From the IMG/VR virus record IMGVR_UViG_3300037470_000672, positions 111,907 through 175,906 of that record: a stretch of 64,000 nt of DNA; one strand, given 5' to 3'. Position numbers and translations under genes: made by a program. Each line of letters begins with the position of its first letter. Position 1 is the first letter of the stretch. This document shows, one piece after another, positions 19,701-28,392 of the stretch. The notes beneath the pieces are model-generated. The model was not told where the DNA came from. It searched no databases and saw only the letters and a program-made list of their open reading frames with translations. The DNA comes from a virus.

Positions 19701-20839
19701 TAGCGACCTAAGCCGTACTGCTGCATACGTCGAACAAGAGTATTCCAACTTACATTCAGGTTACGCGCCGCTTCCGAAAGCGAGGATGACGCCCTGACAG
19801 CCGCTTCCACTGAGTCTCGTGCCAGCGGAATAGTATGGCTTTGCGCAATCGCCTGACGGTGCGCTTCGGACAGACATCCTGTCGGTGGCGGGTTGTTGCA
19901 GGAAACGTCTGGAAGGCTCGTAGACCGCTGCTGTGCGCGAACCCACTTCAATTTCTCACGAGGGTTGTTCCAGCGTTTTTTGGCAGCTTCTCGGATCTTA
20001 GCGCGGACTTCCGGGCGCTTGGTTATCTCGTGTATGCGGGAATGCTCTGCTCGCGTCTCAACGGAGAGGTTACCAGGATGAGGGTTTGTCTTGTCTCCGT
20101 CTCTGTGATGGACAACAAAACCTTCCGGAATCGGTCCGCTCAGTAGAACCTCCTCAGCCATCCGCCGATGCAGGTACTCTCTGCGGAGTCGACCCTTCCC
20201 CCAAGGATCCGTGACCATCAGGTAGCCGTTCTTCTCTACGCGAGCCGAGAGCGGCATCAACCGTTCCTTAGGCTCAAGCGCCCCTGCGGTCTTGTAACTG
20301 CCATCCCTAAGCATGAAGAGATGGTTAGCCGTGCATCTGATCGACCAGCGCCTCTTTTCCTTTCCGGGCTGCGCCCGGTACTCCTCGAACGTGACCTTGA
20401 AAACCGGTACGCGACTGCCGGTTTTCGTCGGACCTACAGCTTCGGCTGGGACTACTCTCTGGCGCCTCAGATCAGCCGCTAACACGTAGAACTTCTGATC
20501 TGGATTCTCAGACCGCCATCGAAGCAACTCCTCGATGGTGCGATAACCAGTGCCTTCTGGCAGCACCGTGTAGACTCTAGAAGTTCCGCATAGACAAGCT
20601 ATTTCGCCGTAGTCGTCCATCTCTTCGTAATCAATGTATCGTGAAACGAGGTCTTGATCGAGCTTAAGATACTGTGAAACAGTGTCGTAGCCGTGGATAG
20701 AGAAAAGGTCCGCAGGACGACCTCGGGGGAAGACGTCCCCCTTGGCAATTTCGACCGGAGCTTGCTCAGGATCGTTCCGCCACGACCGGCGGACACGATT
20801 TGCCACTCCGTTTACGAAACCTTCAAAAAGTCCTGCCAC
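16712..20839 (-). CDS. Portal protein (T4 gp20-like) containing two inteins
   Basis: YEEMDDYGEIA/SAIDIYADD, WEIAHFRL, LEDSMLVYRLRRSPERRVFYVDVGDLP, EDFYVP, DDVDYFKNKL; about 598 aa after removing inteins. Confidence 0.95.
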   Translation of the reverse strand: MAGLFEGFVNGVANRVRRSWRNDPEQAPVEIAKGDVFPRGRPADLFSIHGYDTVSQYLKLDQDLVSRYIDYEEMDDYGEIACLCGTSRVYTVLPEGTGYRTIEELLRWRSENPDQKFYVLAADLRRQRVVPAEAVGPTKTGSRVPVFKVTFEEYRAQPGKEKRRWSIRCTANHLFMLRDGSYKTAGALEPKERLMPLSARVEKNGYLMVTDPWGKGRLRREYLHRRMAEEVLLSGPIPEGFVVHHRDGDKTNPHPGNLSVETRAEHSRIHEITKRPEVRAKIREAAKKRWNNPREKLKWVRAQQRSTSLPDVSCNNPPPTGCLSEAHRQAIAQSHTIPLARDSVEAAVRASSSLSEAARNLNVSWNTLVRRMQQYGLGRYMLGSSLTGPKEGEDDYNNHMVVRVEPDGVEDVYDIEVPVYQNFACEGVFVHNSAIDIYADDVTQPDTQLKRSLWITSPDRTVQEIVDDLYFKTLRYEDEIWSIARTACKYGSNFEEILVTQNGVEGINYLPPATMRRIEGPKGQLLGFIQDFKGRFDFTPEDYRKLLVNRYGQNATSLPGGGQDGFSDTSNLASQDTGPNPVFEDWEIAHFRLHSKFRRSVYGHCLAGGSQVWTTEGPRPISDIQPGQRVLLRHAGKLRTTRVLDHVCSGTKTVYRVRTKHRELCLTAEHPLLAVGKGRGGRNAWKPLCELQEGDRIVITTRMPDTNPPPPLGLHLREIEEEGPVRLTERGASALRAASRIGRYTPKDEGLRPLAAKLGIARGTLESLLKGQSSVPLPVLRDLFCEVKVPFFYGAFEPKIEDERITLPDFVTPDFARLWGFLLGDGWITDGQVYFARGEYPDRNSFYEGLLASTGLPVSTLPDETQSYVSSQALAALFRKLGWVDGGAHAKRLPYWVFGAPEEIRLALLHGFMDADGWDTRSHKDHHIELCNRDLVRDIKTLVDGLGWKSGRIREREPRDNPIATHPTTDVIHSGRQYLLTFNETPIAEGADFAEEKILSIEMQGEEPVYDIEVADPEHNFVADGVVVHNSVLESARWLYKRLILLEDSMLVYRLRRSPERRVFYVDVGDLPPREAMAHVNNVRQQHRKKKFFNAGTGKLDVRYNAFGQDEDFYVPVRKGQEGSRIEVLQGPQWQAIDDVDYFKNKLWASIKIPKAYLGQEEGVVRNILSSQDVRFARTVLRVQRQIINGTHKIGRVHLAALGIDPAQAPFTTHMTVPSAIFELAQVEVMNARADLAGRMREFVSAYWILSTIFGMNDDAIQTIMKQREQEAESQARQEAKAAQIQAQATEPAPEGVPESTRASRGKYVSDRVSGSLPPSKGSGISERQLFAGDREAEKRASEKLDRLLKNDKDLARRLEELRHLTQEISVRRGT
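17750..19027 (-). mobile_element. Intein 2 in portal, with LAGLIDADG endonuclease (426 aa)
   Basis: Starts CLAGGSQV, ends NFVADGVVVHN then Ser; LWGFLLGDGW and LLHGFMDADGW. Confidence 0.92.
19544..20596 (-). mobile_element. Intein 1 in portal, with HNH endonuclease (351 aa)
   Basis: Starts CLCGTSRV, TANHLF block B, ends NFACEGVFVHN then Ser; YLHRRMAEE..VVHHRDGDKTNPHPGNL HNH motif. Confidence 0.92.
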
Positions 20840-20868
20840 GTTCTCCGCCCACGACGCATAGGCTCAAT

Positions 20869-20884
20869 CCGCCCGTACGGGCGG
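20869..20884. repeat. Palindrome family B core
   Basis: CCGCCCGTACGGGCGG between terminase stop and portal start. Confidence 0.9.
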
Positions 20885-20892
20885 GTCAGAGC

Positions 20893-23007
20893 CTACCAGT
20901 TTTCCCAACCGTCTCCGCCTGTTGGGTCCCAACCATCGCCGCCCCAGTTCGTCAGGATGGGCAGTCCTACCCCTCCTGACGCTGGGCGGTAATCCGACAA
21001 CGGCAAATTCTGCCCAGCTCCGGGCACCATGGCACGTCTCTGCTCATCCATCCAGGGGTCTTCTGGTTGTACCCCGTCTTGGAATATAGGCATCGCCTGC
21101 ATAGCGCTGGCTTCCGTCAGCGTGTGGACAACCCCTGCAAGCGCATCCGAGACGTCCTTGCTGTGCCCTTTGCCGGACGGGTGGTCGATCTTAGCTTTCT
21201 TTCGGATCGACCCCACGATGTTCCGTTGGAGCTTCTTCAGTTCGTCGATCAGTGGTTGGTACTCGTAGAAGAGGAGGCGCCCTTCATAGAGCGCGTTGCG
21301 CAGCTCGTCGTAGGGCTCGGTGGTCATGTCCACCGAAAGCAGCTCGGCGTTGAAACCGTTGCGCTTGAGGGTCTGAATTGTATCCACGGACTGAAACTGA
21401 TCTAGGGTCACCTTCGATACGCTAAAACCCATCTGGCTCAGCTCGTACAACAGCCGGCGGTTGTCTGCGAGCATCAACTCCCCGCCCGACGGAGGAACAA
21501 CGCGGAGCAGAAAGTCGACCACGACAACAGGGGCGCGCTCCCGGTAGAGATTACCAGCAGCATCTCGGCGCTGGACGTCCTTGAACCCCGCCACGTGAGC
21601 CAAACAGAAGCCAGTGGCGTCCTGCCGCAAGGACACGTCGAACCGCGCATGACGCAACGCGGTAGGGGAAAGGATTGGCCGGGTGGTTGTGACCACCTGA
21701 CCATCGGGTAACCGCTCTTGGACGTTGTGAACGAGGCGCTCGGGGATGAGCTTACCGCTCGGCCCCTCTCCTGGGCACCACTCTGTGACGGTGAAGGGGT
21801 GCTTACGTCCCTTGAACCGGCGTTGGTCCTCAGCGACCGCCTCGAAAATCTTGTCTCGTTGCCCAATGAACGGACGGATCGAAACGGTCGCGAGCCCGGC
21901 GACGTCCCTTATGCTGCCCTCAAGGTCCGTCTCGAAGTCCCGCCGGAACTCCTCCGGAACATCGATCAGTACAGCCCCTTCAGGAAGGTTGTGGCGGAGC
22001 TGCTGCGCGTCTTCTTCGATGAGGAGCTTGGAAGGGATCTTCTCATTCCCGACCAGCACCGGGAACTTCCTCACCCCGAAGTATTCGTCCGGCTTGACGT
22101 CCCAGATCGCGTAGTCGCGCACAAAGACCTTTGGGTCGTCTAGGGATGCGGCGACGCGCTTGGCCGTGAAGTCCTCGCTGGTCTGCTTTGATGAGATCAC
22201 GAACATGATCCCAGGCACCCTTCCGCGGCGGTCAAAGCGGGACTTGATGCGACGCTTGAGGGTCGCATAGATCGATTCCGCCATGTCAGAGTACACCTCA
22301 TGCGCGGAGTTCTTCCGGTTCTTCGGTAAAAAATTGCTCTCATCGAGCATAAATGCAATAACATTCAAGCCAAGAGCCGACGTGTCATTTGTAGCTCTTG
22401 GGGCTACCCACACCTTGTGAGGAAATCGTATCTCTTGCTTGGTAGGCGAGAAGGGGAAATACTTGACGAAATACTGGCTTGCCTGAATCTTAGAGGTGAC
22501 GTTCTCGAACGCCGCCTTCATGGCGAGTTTCTCGGTGATGGACAGAACCACCAGACCGATGATGGAACCAGGGGACAGCCCGAAGGACTTCTGGGGGTCC
22601 TTCATGCAAGAGATTTCGTAGAGGATCCTGCACAGACCTATCGACCCCAGGTAGGTTTTACCATATCCGATGCTGCCCGTCAAGACTACCTCTTCGTAGT
22701 CCCCTTGGAACATTTCCTTAAGGTCTTCGAGCAGCTTTGGGTAGATATTCTCGCACGTGTTGCCGAGGAAGTACGGGTCTTTTACGAAGGTCTCCATGTC
22801 CACGGGCTTGTGCTTGTAGTCTGCTTCTCTGAGCGTCTGGAAGAGGGACCCTGGTCCGGGAGCGGTGCCTGAGCGCAGCTCTTGGATGAGAAGGAGCAGC
22901 GCCTTCTTCTCGTCTGGGGATAGTGCGTCGATGTCCTTGCGGAGTAGGGCTTCCAGCTCGTCCGGTGTCCGAACAGAGAAGGTCCGGCCGTTCTCTTCGC
23001 GGATCAT
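20893..23007 (-). CDS. terL: Terminase large subunit
   Basis: Walker A LTGSIGYGKT, Walker B FMLDES, C-terminal nuclease DHPSGKGHSKDVSDALAG; upstream of portal. Confidence 0.9.
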   Translation of the reverse strand: MIREENGRTFSVRTPDELEALLRKDIDALSPDEKKALLLLIQELRSGTAPGPGSLFQTLREADYKHKPVDMETFVKDPYFLGNTCENIYPKLLEDLKEMFQGDYEEVVLTGSIGYGKTYLGSIGLCRILYEISCMKDPQKSFGLSPGSIIGLVVLSITEKLAMKAAFENVTSKIQASQYFVKYFPFSPTKQEIRFPHKVWVAPRATNDTSALGLNVIAFMLDESNFLPKNRKNSAHEVYSDMAESIYATLKRRIKSRFDRRGRVPGIMFVISSKQTSEDFTAKRVAASLDDPKVFVRDYAIWDVKPDEYFGVRKFPVLVGNEKIPSKLLIEEDAQQLRHNLPEGAVLIDVPEEFRRDFETDLEGSIRDVAGLATVSIRPFIGQRDKIFEAVAEDQRRFKGRKHPFTVTEWCPGEGPSGKLIPERLVHNVQERLPDGQVVTTTRPILSPTALRHARFDVSLRQDATGFCLAHVAGFKDVQRRDAAGNLYRERAPVVVVDFLLRVVPPSGGELMLADNRRLLYELSQMGFSVSKVTLDQFQSVDTIQTLKRNGFNAELLSVDMTTEPYDELRNALYEGRLLFYEYQPLIDELKKLQRNIVGSIRKKAKIDHPSGKGHSKDVSDALAGVVHTLTEASAMQAMPIFQDGVQPEDPWMDEQRRAMVPGAGQNLPLSDYRPASGGVGLPILTNWGGDGWDPTGGDGWENW

Positions 23008-23013
23008 GGGGGT

Positions 23014-23751
23014 TTACCCGTCAACATCTTCGGACAGCGGATCAACCTCTTCTGGCGACGGAGGACCCTTCGCGTCGCTGTACTCGGCGTCGATGATACC
23101 GTCGATCTTCTTCTCGCCGGCTAAAGACACCAGTTTGTCGGCCAAACCCATGAGCCGGAGGCGACTCTCCGGGTTCTCCAACACCTTGCGTACGCCTTCG
23201 TCCTCTACACGGGCGGTGAGATTCTCGATTGGGTCGGACTCTTCTTTGCCGCCATAGACCGCCTTGGCGATGCCAAGATCGAGCTTGATGCGCGCGCTCT
23301 TGTCGAGGATGTCCAACGCCACACGCACTTCCTGGGCGGTGGTGGGCAGGAGCTTGTTGATGTTCCGCTCCAACTCGGCGTCGATGTCTACCCGCGCGCG
23401 CTGGAGCCGGTAGAGGTCTTCCATCTCGTTTAGCTCGTGCAGCCCTTTGCGCGCTTTGGCGATGCTCCTCTGGAGATGCTGCGGCAGCACCGGGACTTTG
23501 TCCTCCAACGGAAGTTCCCCTCGGTAGCCGCAAAGAATAACGCCCAAAGACTCTCTAGTAACGTCCGTGTACTCCTGACACTCCTCCTGGATGAAATCGG
23601 CTACGTGTTGCGGCGGCAACCCGTCCAGCAGCATCTGGTGCGCCTCCTCAAAACAATCCAGCGCCCTGAATCGTTGAAAGCGCGGCGCCCGGCTTTTGGG
23701 CGGGGTGCCCCTCACCGGAAACGGGATGACATCCGAACCAGGCTCGTCCAT
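23014..23751 (-). CDS. Probable terminase small subunit
   Basis: Helical 245 aa ORF immediately upstream of terL; synteny only. Confidence 0.5.
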   Translation of the reverse strand: MDEPGSDVIPFPVRGTPPKSRAPRFQRFRALDCFEEAHQMLLDGLPPQHVADFIQEECQEYTDVTRESLGVILCGYRGELPLEDKVPVLPQHLQRSIAKARKGLHELNEMEDLYRLQRARVDIDAELERNINKLLPTTAQEVRVALDILDKSARIKLDLGIAKAVYGGKEESDPIENLTARVEDEGVRKVLENPESRLRLMGLADKLVSLAGEKKIDGIIDAEYSDAKGPPSPEEVDPLSEDVDG

Positions 23752-23777
23752 ACGCTGACTCTAGCATGTCGCAATGG

Positions 23778-24392
23778 TCAAGCGGGGCGCTCTGGTCCCA
23801 AAGCGGGGGACTCCGGTTCCTCTGGGAGCCAGCTCTGTCGCTTCTCATCCCAATTTCGGAACATGAGCGACCGCATCGGAACAGCGCGATGGTTGTTGTA
23901 CTTGGCGGTGTTCTTCTGGTCGTAGGGCTTGTCGACGAGCCCTTCTGTTCGCCAAAAGATGAGCTGCCCTATCGGCATGCCCGCGTAGACCCTGACCGGC
24001 TGAACGACGTCGATCTCCAACGTCCAGTGCCCTACGAAACCTGCGTCTCCCTTGCCGGCCGTAGCGTGGATACGGATGCCCAGTCGACCCAGAGAGGACT
24101 TACCTTCCAGAAAAGGCACGATCTGTCTGGAGCACTTGGTGTGCTCCTCGGTGACGGCCAGGTAGAGCCGCCCTGGCCGAAGGACGTACCCTTCCTCGGG
24201 GATAAGGCACTCGTCGATCTCGTGATCTTTCTTGGCGTCCAAGGGCACGTCGCGGTATCGATCCGAATAGGTAAGGAACCTATCGCCAAGATGCACGTCG
24301 TAGGAGTTAGAACCGAGGCAACCGAAGCGGAAGGGGGTGATAGTGATCTTCCCCTCTTCAAGAGCGCGACGGATGGAGCGATCGGAGAGCAT
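23778..24392 (-). CDS. dcd: dCTP deaminase
   Basis: SNSYDVHLG, GKSSLGRLGI, HATAGKGDAGFVGHWTLEI, PIGQLIF. Confidence 0.93.
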   Translation of the reverse strand: MLSDRSIRRALEEGKITITPFRFGCLGSNSYDVHLGDRFLTYSDRYRDVPLDAKKDHEIDECLIPEEGYVLRPGRLYLAVTEEHTKCSRQIVPFLEGKSSLGRLGIRIHATAGKGDAGFVGHWTLEIDVVQPVRVYAGMPIGQLIFWRTEGLVDKPYDQKNTAKYNNHRAVPMRSLMFRNWDEKRQSWLPEEPESPALGPERPA

Positions 24393-24865
24393 CAGGTCAC
24401 CTTGGTGTGGATCTCATGTACTGCAAGCCAGTGAAGCATCGTAGCTGCGTAGTATTTTTCAGGTAGGTGGGTCGCGGTAACGGTACCCATCACGGCCTTC
24501 CCCTCCAGCTCTCGACCGGGGAGGGTCCAGTAAAGACCACACCTGGGACAAGAAACCTGCGCCAGGGCACCCGGACTTACCAGAAGGTTTGGGATCTGTA
24601 CCGGCAGGTCGTCTGCGTCGACGCCCCACACACCCTCCTCCACTTGGTAGGGGTCGGCATTCGCCCGGTGAAGCGGCGACTCTCGAAGACCCGTAACGAG
24701 AGAACCTTCGGGCTCCATAACCACGAAGAGCTGTCCTGGTGTGAGGTCTTTCATCTGAGCAGCCACCCACCCTTGAATCTCAGACCACCTCAGGATGGTG
24801 CGCTTTGCGCCGTCTGGGTGTTCCAGCGACGCCTTGGGGTGTGTCGCCATGGTCTTCTCCTGCAT
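24392..24865 (-). CDS. Hypothetical protein
   Basis: 157 aa ORF, coupled to dcd. Confidence 0.55.
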   Translation of the reverse strand: MQEKTMATHPKASLEHPDGAKRTILRWSEIQGWVAAQMKDLTPGQLFVVMEPEGSLVTGLRESPLHRANADPYQVEEGVWGVDADDLPVQIPNLLVSPGALAQVSCPRCGLYWTLPGRELEGKAVMGTVTATHLPEKYYAATMLHWLAVHEIHTKVT

Positions 24866-24882
24866 CCGGGGTGAGTCGTCTG

Positions 24883-25179
24883 TTAGAGGTTACCGTCCTC
24901 ATCCTCGTCGAGAGGTTCTTGCTCCGCCACGTTGGCGTCGATGAGTTGTTGGCCCAGCTCGTCAGGTACCTCGGCTCCGACGAAGTGGGTATCGGCGTGC
25001 AGCTCGATCTCCTTGGCGCTCTCGAAAAGGGCTGCTGCTCTTCGGATCATCTCAGCGCCGGTTTCGAGTTGCTTGGCATAGCGCGCCAGCGCCTTGAAGG
25101 GATCGTTATCCTCCTCCCGAAGGTGAAAAGCGACGTCGTCGCCGAACTTGTAGATGGGGTTGTGAAAACGAACGTACAC
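24883..25179 (-). CDS. Hypothetical protein
   Basis: GTG start 25179 after GAGGAG RBS overlapping the polA stop. Confidence 0.55.
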   Translation of the reverse strand: MYVRFHNPIYKFGDDVAFHLREEDNDPFKALARYAKQLETGAEMIRRAAALFESAKEIELHADTHFVGAEVPDELGQQLIDANVAEQEPLDEDEDGNL

Positions 25180-25189
25180 GCCGGACTCC

Positions 25190-27043
25190 TCAGTGGACGG
25201 ATGCCCACGTCTTACCACTCGCCGGGTCCACGACAACCGGAACCCGCTTCAGAAACTGCTCCATCGATTCCTTCATCCCCGCCTGAAGGTCTTGCTTGAC
25301 TGCATCCACCAGCTCTGGATCGTCTTTGCACTCGACGGTGATCTCATCGTGGACGTGGTGCACAATACCTTTTACGTCACCTCCGTACTTCTTTAGAAGA
25401 AGGTGAACGTTGCGAAGGGAGGATTTCAAAGCGTCGGCGGCCGTCCCTTGGATCGGGGTATTCAGCAGCTCATTATGCTGGTGTTCGCTTACGAACCTGC
25501 GACGTCCTGATAGGGTACGCACTTCTCCGAGACGAGCGCCCTCGCGTAGCTGGAAATCGTGCCAGGAGGCTATCCCCGAATAGGCGCCGAAGTAACGCTT
25601 GTGGAAGGTCTTTGCCTGGGCAAGCGTCATGTTCACGCCATAGTTAGCCTTGGCGTAAATGACAAGTTTCTCAGGCATCATTCCGAATACCAGTCCAAAG
25701 TTGATGGGCTTTGCCTGTTGCCTTTCTTCCTTGGTAATCTGGTCCTCTGGTTTACCACTAACAATCGACGCTGTGAACCTATGCGCGTCTTTCGCTTCCT
25801 GGAAGACGCGGATGAGTGTCTCATCGCCGGATATCTCCGCAGCGATGCACATCTCGATTCCGCTATAGTCAGCGGCTACGAGAATGTTCCCTGGTTCAGC
25901 TTCAAAACAGTCCCGGTATGCAGCATCCCGAGGAACGTTATGTAGTTGGGGCGCGCTTGTTGCGTAGCGACCAGTAGCAGTAAACGGAAAGAAGTGGGTG
26001 TGAACCCTACCAGTAATAGAGTTGATGTGTTCAAGGTACGCTGGTCCGAACGACTTAACCCGCTGATTGTACCCTCTGTACTCCAGGATAGGCGGTATAC
26101 AATCGTACTTGTCCGCCACCTGAGCGAGGAGCAGCTCGTTGGTTCCGATGGTCTTGGTCTTGCCTGTTTTGCGATCGGTATAGGTGTCACCGATGAGCTG
26201 AATCTGTCCGCTGGGAGACGGGACTCTCACCCCTAGGCTACGTAGCGCCTTGCCCATCTGCTGTGTGGAATCCACGTTCCACGGTGCGACCAGGCCGGGG
26301 AGGCTGAGCATACCGGAGGGGTGGGGAAGGATCTTCAACAGCGCATCACGACATGCTTTGCGCTTGAGAAAGTTATTCTCGTACAGGGCAACCCACTTGT
26401 GACGGTTGAGGAAAAAACCGGTGTTCTCGATGGCCGCTTCGGGGAGACAGGCTCCAAACTCGATGAGCGCGACCCGAATGAGCCCCGCTTCAACAAGCTT
26501 CTGCTTGAGCACGTCGCGTAGCTCATGCAACCAACCAACGTCCTCCGCGGCGTAGTCGAGCTGGCGTTTGCTCAGCTCGGGGGCGCTCCAGTCGGAGCCG
26601 CCCATCATAACCTTGGAAGGGGTGCACCCGAGAGGTTGCAGCTCACGGTTGTAGAGGGCATCGAGGTTGTGGGAGACATTCACCCACCCGTTGTAGAGGA
26701 GAGAGCTTGCGCGGAACGGGTCGAAGACAGGCCACAGCTCGACGTTGTGGTGGTGGAGGAACCACGCTTGCTCGAAGCGAGCGTTCTGGATGACCTTGAT
26801 GGTGGGGGAGGCGATGGCGCGGATGAGGGGGTTGAGGGCTTCTTTGGGAACCTTGAAGCAGTCGACGACGTAGATCTTCTCACCGGTGCTCACCTGGATG
26901 AGGCGGATCTGCCCCTCGAACGCCTTGAAGGCTGTCGTCTCGATGTCGAGGCCGATGACCGGCGCAGCTTCCACCTCACGAGCGATCTGAGGGATCAGAT
27001 CAGGCGTCGTGACGTAGGTGTACTCACCGGTGTAGACCATCAC
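25190..27043 (-). CDS. polA: Family A DNA polymerase (3'-5' exonuclease + polymerase, no 5' nuclease)
   Basis: IGLDIETT, QNARFE, YAAEDV exo motifs; VAADYSGIE, RQQAKPINFGLVFG, NTPIQGTAAD, VHDEI. Confidence 0.95.
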   Translation of the reverse strand: MMVYTGEYTYVTTPDLIPQIAREVEAAPVIGLDIETTAFKAFEGQIRLIQVSTGEKIYVVDCFKVPKEALNPLIRAIASPTIKVIQNARFEQAWFLHHHNVELWPVFDPFRASSLLYNGWVNVSHNLDALYNRELQPLGCTPSKVMMGGSDWSAPELSKRQLDYAAEDVGWLHELRDVLKQKLVEAGLIRVALIEFGACLPEAAIENTGFFLNRHKWVALYENNFLKRKACRDALLKILPHPSGMLSLPGLVAPWNVDSTQQMGKALRSLGVRVPSPSGQIQLIGDTYTDRKTGKTKTIGTNELLLAQVADKYDCIPPILEYRGYNQRVKSFGPAYLEHINSITGRVHTHFFPFTATGRYATSAPQLHNVPRDAAYRDCFEAEPGNILVAADYSGIEMCIAAEISGDETLIRVFQEAKDAHRFTASIVSGKPEDQITKEERQQAKPINFGLVFGMMPEKLVIYAKANYGVNMTLAQAKTFHKRYFGAYSGIASWHDFQLREGARLGEVRTLSGRRRFVSEHQHNELLNTPIQGTAADALKSSLRNVHLLLKKYGGDVKGIVHHVHDEITVECKDDPELVDAVKQDLQAGMKESMEQFLKRVPVVVDPASGKTWASVH

Positions 27044-27300
27044 TCACCTCGGACGTCTTCCTCGTTGGGAGGCTCCTCTTTCTCATGACGATGCGTAATG
27101 ACTACGTGTCCTCTTTCCCCCTCTGGCGCTTTCTCGAAACCCAGTTCGATGTGGCGTACCCCTCCCTCCTCTGAGCGGGGAAGCGTCCACCTGGCAGCCA
27201 TCTCCGCGCGATCGATCATCGCGCCGAGGCTCTTCCCATCACCTTTGCGGACAGGGAACTTCACGGAGAGCTTGTCGCCCTTGCTCTGGTCTTCTGTCAT
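27040..27300 (-). CDS. Hypothetical protein
   Basis: 86 aa ORF with overlapping start/stop on both sides. Confidence 0.55.
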   Translation of the reverse strand: MTEDQSKGDKLSVKFPVRKGDGKSLGAMIDRAEMAARWTLPRSEEGGVRHIELGFEKAPEGERGHVVITHRHEKEEPPNEEDVRGE

Positions 27301-28106
27301 GCCTCGGCCTCTTCTTCCTCCCCTTCTTGGGGGACCTCCTGGTCCCGTAGCTGGTCCACGAATCCTCTCAACATCGGCCCCATGAGGAGGTTGATGTTAG
27401 TCATCCGCTCCTCGGTGATGGTGATCAGCTCGTGCATTGCTTCGCGGGACTCGGGGGTCATGGCGATGTAGATCTGTTCTTGCCCGCCGAAGCTGAACAC
27501 CATGAAACCGTGCGCCAAGCTGGCACCATGCTTCTTCATGATGTGGTTGATGATCTTCCCGATGTCCGACCCTGGGGAGGCTCCCTGGATCGCCTTGTCG
27601 ATGGCTGAACCGACATCCCCTTTACCCGCGTCCCCCAAGGCTTTCTTGACGCCACTGGCGACCTGCTTGGTGAGCGCCTTCCACGCAGCCTGGTCTGTGA
27701 ACGCCAACAGTTTCTTGAGTTGGTCCTCCGAGTATCGGAGGCGCATGTCGGCGTAGAGACGGGCAAACTTGGCGGGGTTGATCTTACCTCTGAGGTTGAG
27801 GCGGAAGGTCATGAACTTCTGGAGGTCTTGGTCATCAAACGCATCGCCCAGGACAATACAGGGGATGGTCTTTAGGCCCACCTCCTTGGCCGCCATCCAG
27901 CGGTGCTGCCCGCCCAGGATGACAAACAACCCACCTTGCGTGCCGGCAACATGGATGGGGTCGATGAAACCGTGCTCGCGAATCTCATCACAGAGCGCCT
28001 CAAACGTTGAGCTGGACTCCTCGTAGGGGTTCCAATCGTTCGGGCGAATCTGCTCAACGGGGACGTACCGGAGGTCTAGCGTTTGATCGCCGGCAGGTTT
28101 GCTCAT
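27297..28106 (-). CDS. ParB/Srx-like N-terminal domain protein
   Basis: YVPVEQIRPNDWNP, IREHGFIDPIHV, ILGGQHRWMAAKEVG (GxxRxxA). Confidence 0.85.
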   Translation of the reverse strand: MSKPAGDQTLDLRYVPVEQIRPNDWNPYEESSSTFEALCDEIREHGFIDPIHVAGTQGGLFVILGGQHRWMAAKEVGLKTIPCIVLGDAFDDQDLQKFMTFRLNLRGKINPAKFARLYADMRLRYSEDQLKKLLAFTDQAAWKALTKQVASGVKKALGDAGKGDVGSAIDKAIQGASPGSDIGKIINHIMKKHGASLAHGFMVFSFGGQEQIYIAMTPESREAMHELITITEERMTNINLLMGPMLRGFVDQLRDQEVPQEGEEEEAEA

Positions 28107-28137
28107 AACCAGTTTCTACCATCTAGTCCGCAGATTG

Positions 28138-28392
28138 TCAGCCTAGATCGGCGTTCAGGATGGTCGTAAGTGTTTCGCACTTCCCCGACACGAGGAGAAG
28201 CTCTCCTGAGAGCTTCTCGTAGAACTCGGCCGGGTTTCGCGGAGCTTCCGGGTTGTCGAGGCCCGTAGACCCGTCCACCTGGTAGTCTTCGCCAGGGACG
28301 CCGTCCGCGAGCGCAGCGACCCACTTGGTCAGGATATCCCGAGCGGTCTGGACCTCCTTGAGGACCAAGGACTGTGAGACGTTACGCATCAA
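28138..28392 (-). CDS. Hypothetical protein
   Basis: 84 aa ORF, coupled to upstream gene. Confidence 0.5.
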   Translation of the reverse strand: MMRNVSQSLVLKEVQTARDILTKWVAALADGVPGEDYQVDGSTGLDNPEAPRNPAEFYEKLSGELLLVSGKCETLTTILNADLG

